64,000 nucleotides of DNA from Neoechinorhynchus agilis. Taxonomy: Eukaryota; Animalia; Acanthocephala. Below the pieces are notes generated by a model. The model was not told the DNA's origin and searched no databases. It saw nothing but the letters and a program-made list of their open reading frames with translations. Made by a program: the position numbers and the translations under genes. Positions 62,835 to 64,000 of the stretch are shown piece by piece; within the stretch, counting starts at the first letter, position 1; every line of letters begins with the position of its first letter. Location of the stretch: positions 18,268,784 through 18,332,783 of the forward strand of contig CM121341.1 in NCBI GenBank assembly GCA_051530055.1, in the 5' to 3' direction.

Positions 62835-63389
62835 GCTGTGAGTTGTAAGGCGATAACTTTGTTAGAATTATATCAATAATAAACACAAATAGCTTAAGCG
62901 GATTTTGTTAGGGATATTGGGAGCATAAAATCACGTTCAATCGATAAGAAATATAATCTCTCGCTGTATACGTGACGAAACTGAACAAAGATATGATTTT
63001 TAATGCGAGCTTAAACAATGAACATTCTGAATTGAAGATAGCCTTAAATTTTCGAACAGGCGAGCACGAAAGTGAACTTTGATTCGGAAAACAAAGGTGA
63101 AAAAATTATATTACCTTATATGTAGGAACAAAGATTTCTTAACGTTTATATGTGCAGTACTTTAAAATGGTACTGCATTTTGAAAATTTAAGAAAATTAA
63201 AAAATTCATAGAAGTTCATTGTATCTGTAAGCTAGTAGATAATATTAATTTATTTTCTTAGACAGAGACGAAAATAACGTTTGTACAGTTTATTATTGGA
63301 AATCCTCTAAATTCACAGTGGCTGATAAAATTTTCCCGATTTTTCAATATAGACATATCATTTTTTGAAGTCCCTCGTTGCACACCCAG

Positions 63390-63950
63390 ACTTATGTTTT
63401 GCAGGAGGAATGCTTGCGATTTCGTAAGATTAGTCGTTAATAAACAGGTCGGTCGGATAGGAATACTGGTAAAAGTAGAACGGTCAAGAGACTTGTTAAG
63501 GACACAGATGAGTAAAATGCTGGGATTTCTATTTCTGTTGCGCGTAGAACATCAAAATCTCCCAAGTGAACTGAAAGCGAGGCTTGATGCCACGCCGGGT
63601 AGGAAAAATTAACATTTATGATACCGGTAATTATGCGACGGATGTCTTCTTCGAACATGGTAAGGGTTTCCCTTTGGAAGCACGGTACACAGGGAAAAAG
63701 GAAATTCACTTTCGGCAGGTCGAAGAATTAAGGAGGCGCCGTGTTTCGCTAATTTTAGCAGCTTCTGCGCTACTTCGCTGAGTTGATTTACTGCCGAGTT
63801 TACTTATGAAGGTTGGATTTGCTGCAGAAAGGTGCACCGAGCAGATTTGCCTAGAGCAAGTCGCTATTTCTCGTTTCTGAGATAACATCGATGAGAGGAT
63901 GTATTGTTGAAGCTTCTTTTGCGATAATCTCGCATTTTTCGGACCTTAGA
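63390..63950 (-). mobile_element. CRE-like RT thumb remnant
   Basis: WHQASLSVHLG.F.V.RATEI.IPAF..S matches the CRE thumb motif seen at 27140-27240. Confidence 0.7.
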
Positions 63951-64000
63951 AGCAATCACAATAAGGCACCTTTTTCACGAATTAGCTCTATGTCGTTGGC

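Noticed and set aside
480-63950. Sequence-specific targeting (for example spliced-leader genes) by the CRE-like elements
   Set aside because: The flanks of the copies share no motif, and I found no SL RNA or snRNA gene.

Overview
This is AT-rich DNA from a compact animal (invertebrate) genome with short introns of about 35-55 nt; the species cannot be identified from sequence alone. Host genes: GLE1-like, a four-LIM protein, a divergent homeobox, RCC1L, INTS4, a LOTUS-Tudor (TDRD5/7-like) gene, Dicer, RPB8, a GPCR, an Ig-domain protein and a TCF20/RAI1-like ePHD protein. They are interspersed with many CRE-like (REL-endonuclease) non-LTR retrotransposon fragments, APE-type LINEs, Penelope-like remnants and a hAT fragment. 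Three layers of structure are not visible in the ORF track. (1) A set of hammerhead-ribozyme retroelements. The best case is a small family (4 copies) with a tRNA-derived Pol III head followed by a hammerhead whose three strands lie in a non-circularly permuted order; the core is intact at 4207-4281 (minus strand) inside a TSD-flanked foldback. Several Penelope-type minimal hammerheads are also present. (2) A decayed palindrome of about 32 kb (15.5-47.8 kb) whose two arms have lost genes reciprocally. (3) Frame breaks in Dicer and INTS4 that both palindrome arms share and that no strong GT-AG intron explains. All alignments and folds were done by eye and repeat boundaries are approximate.
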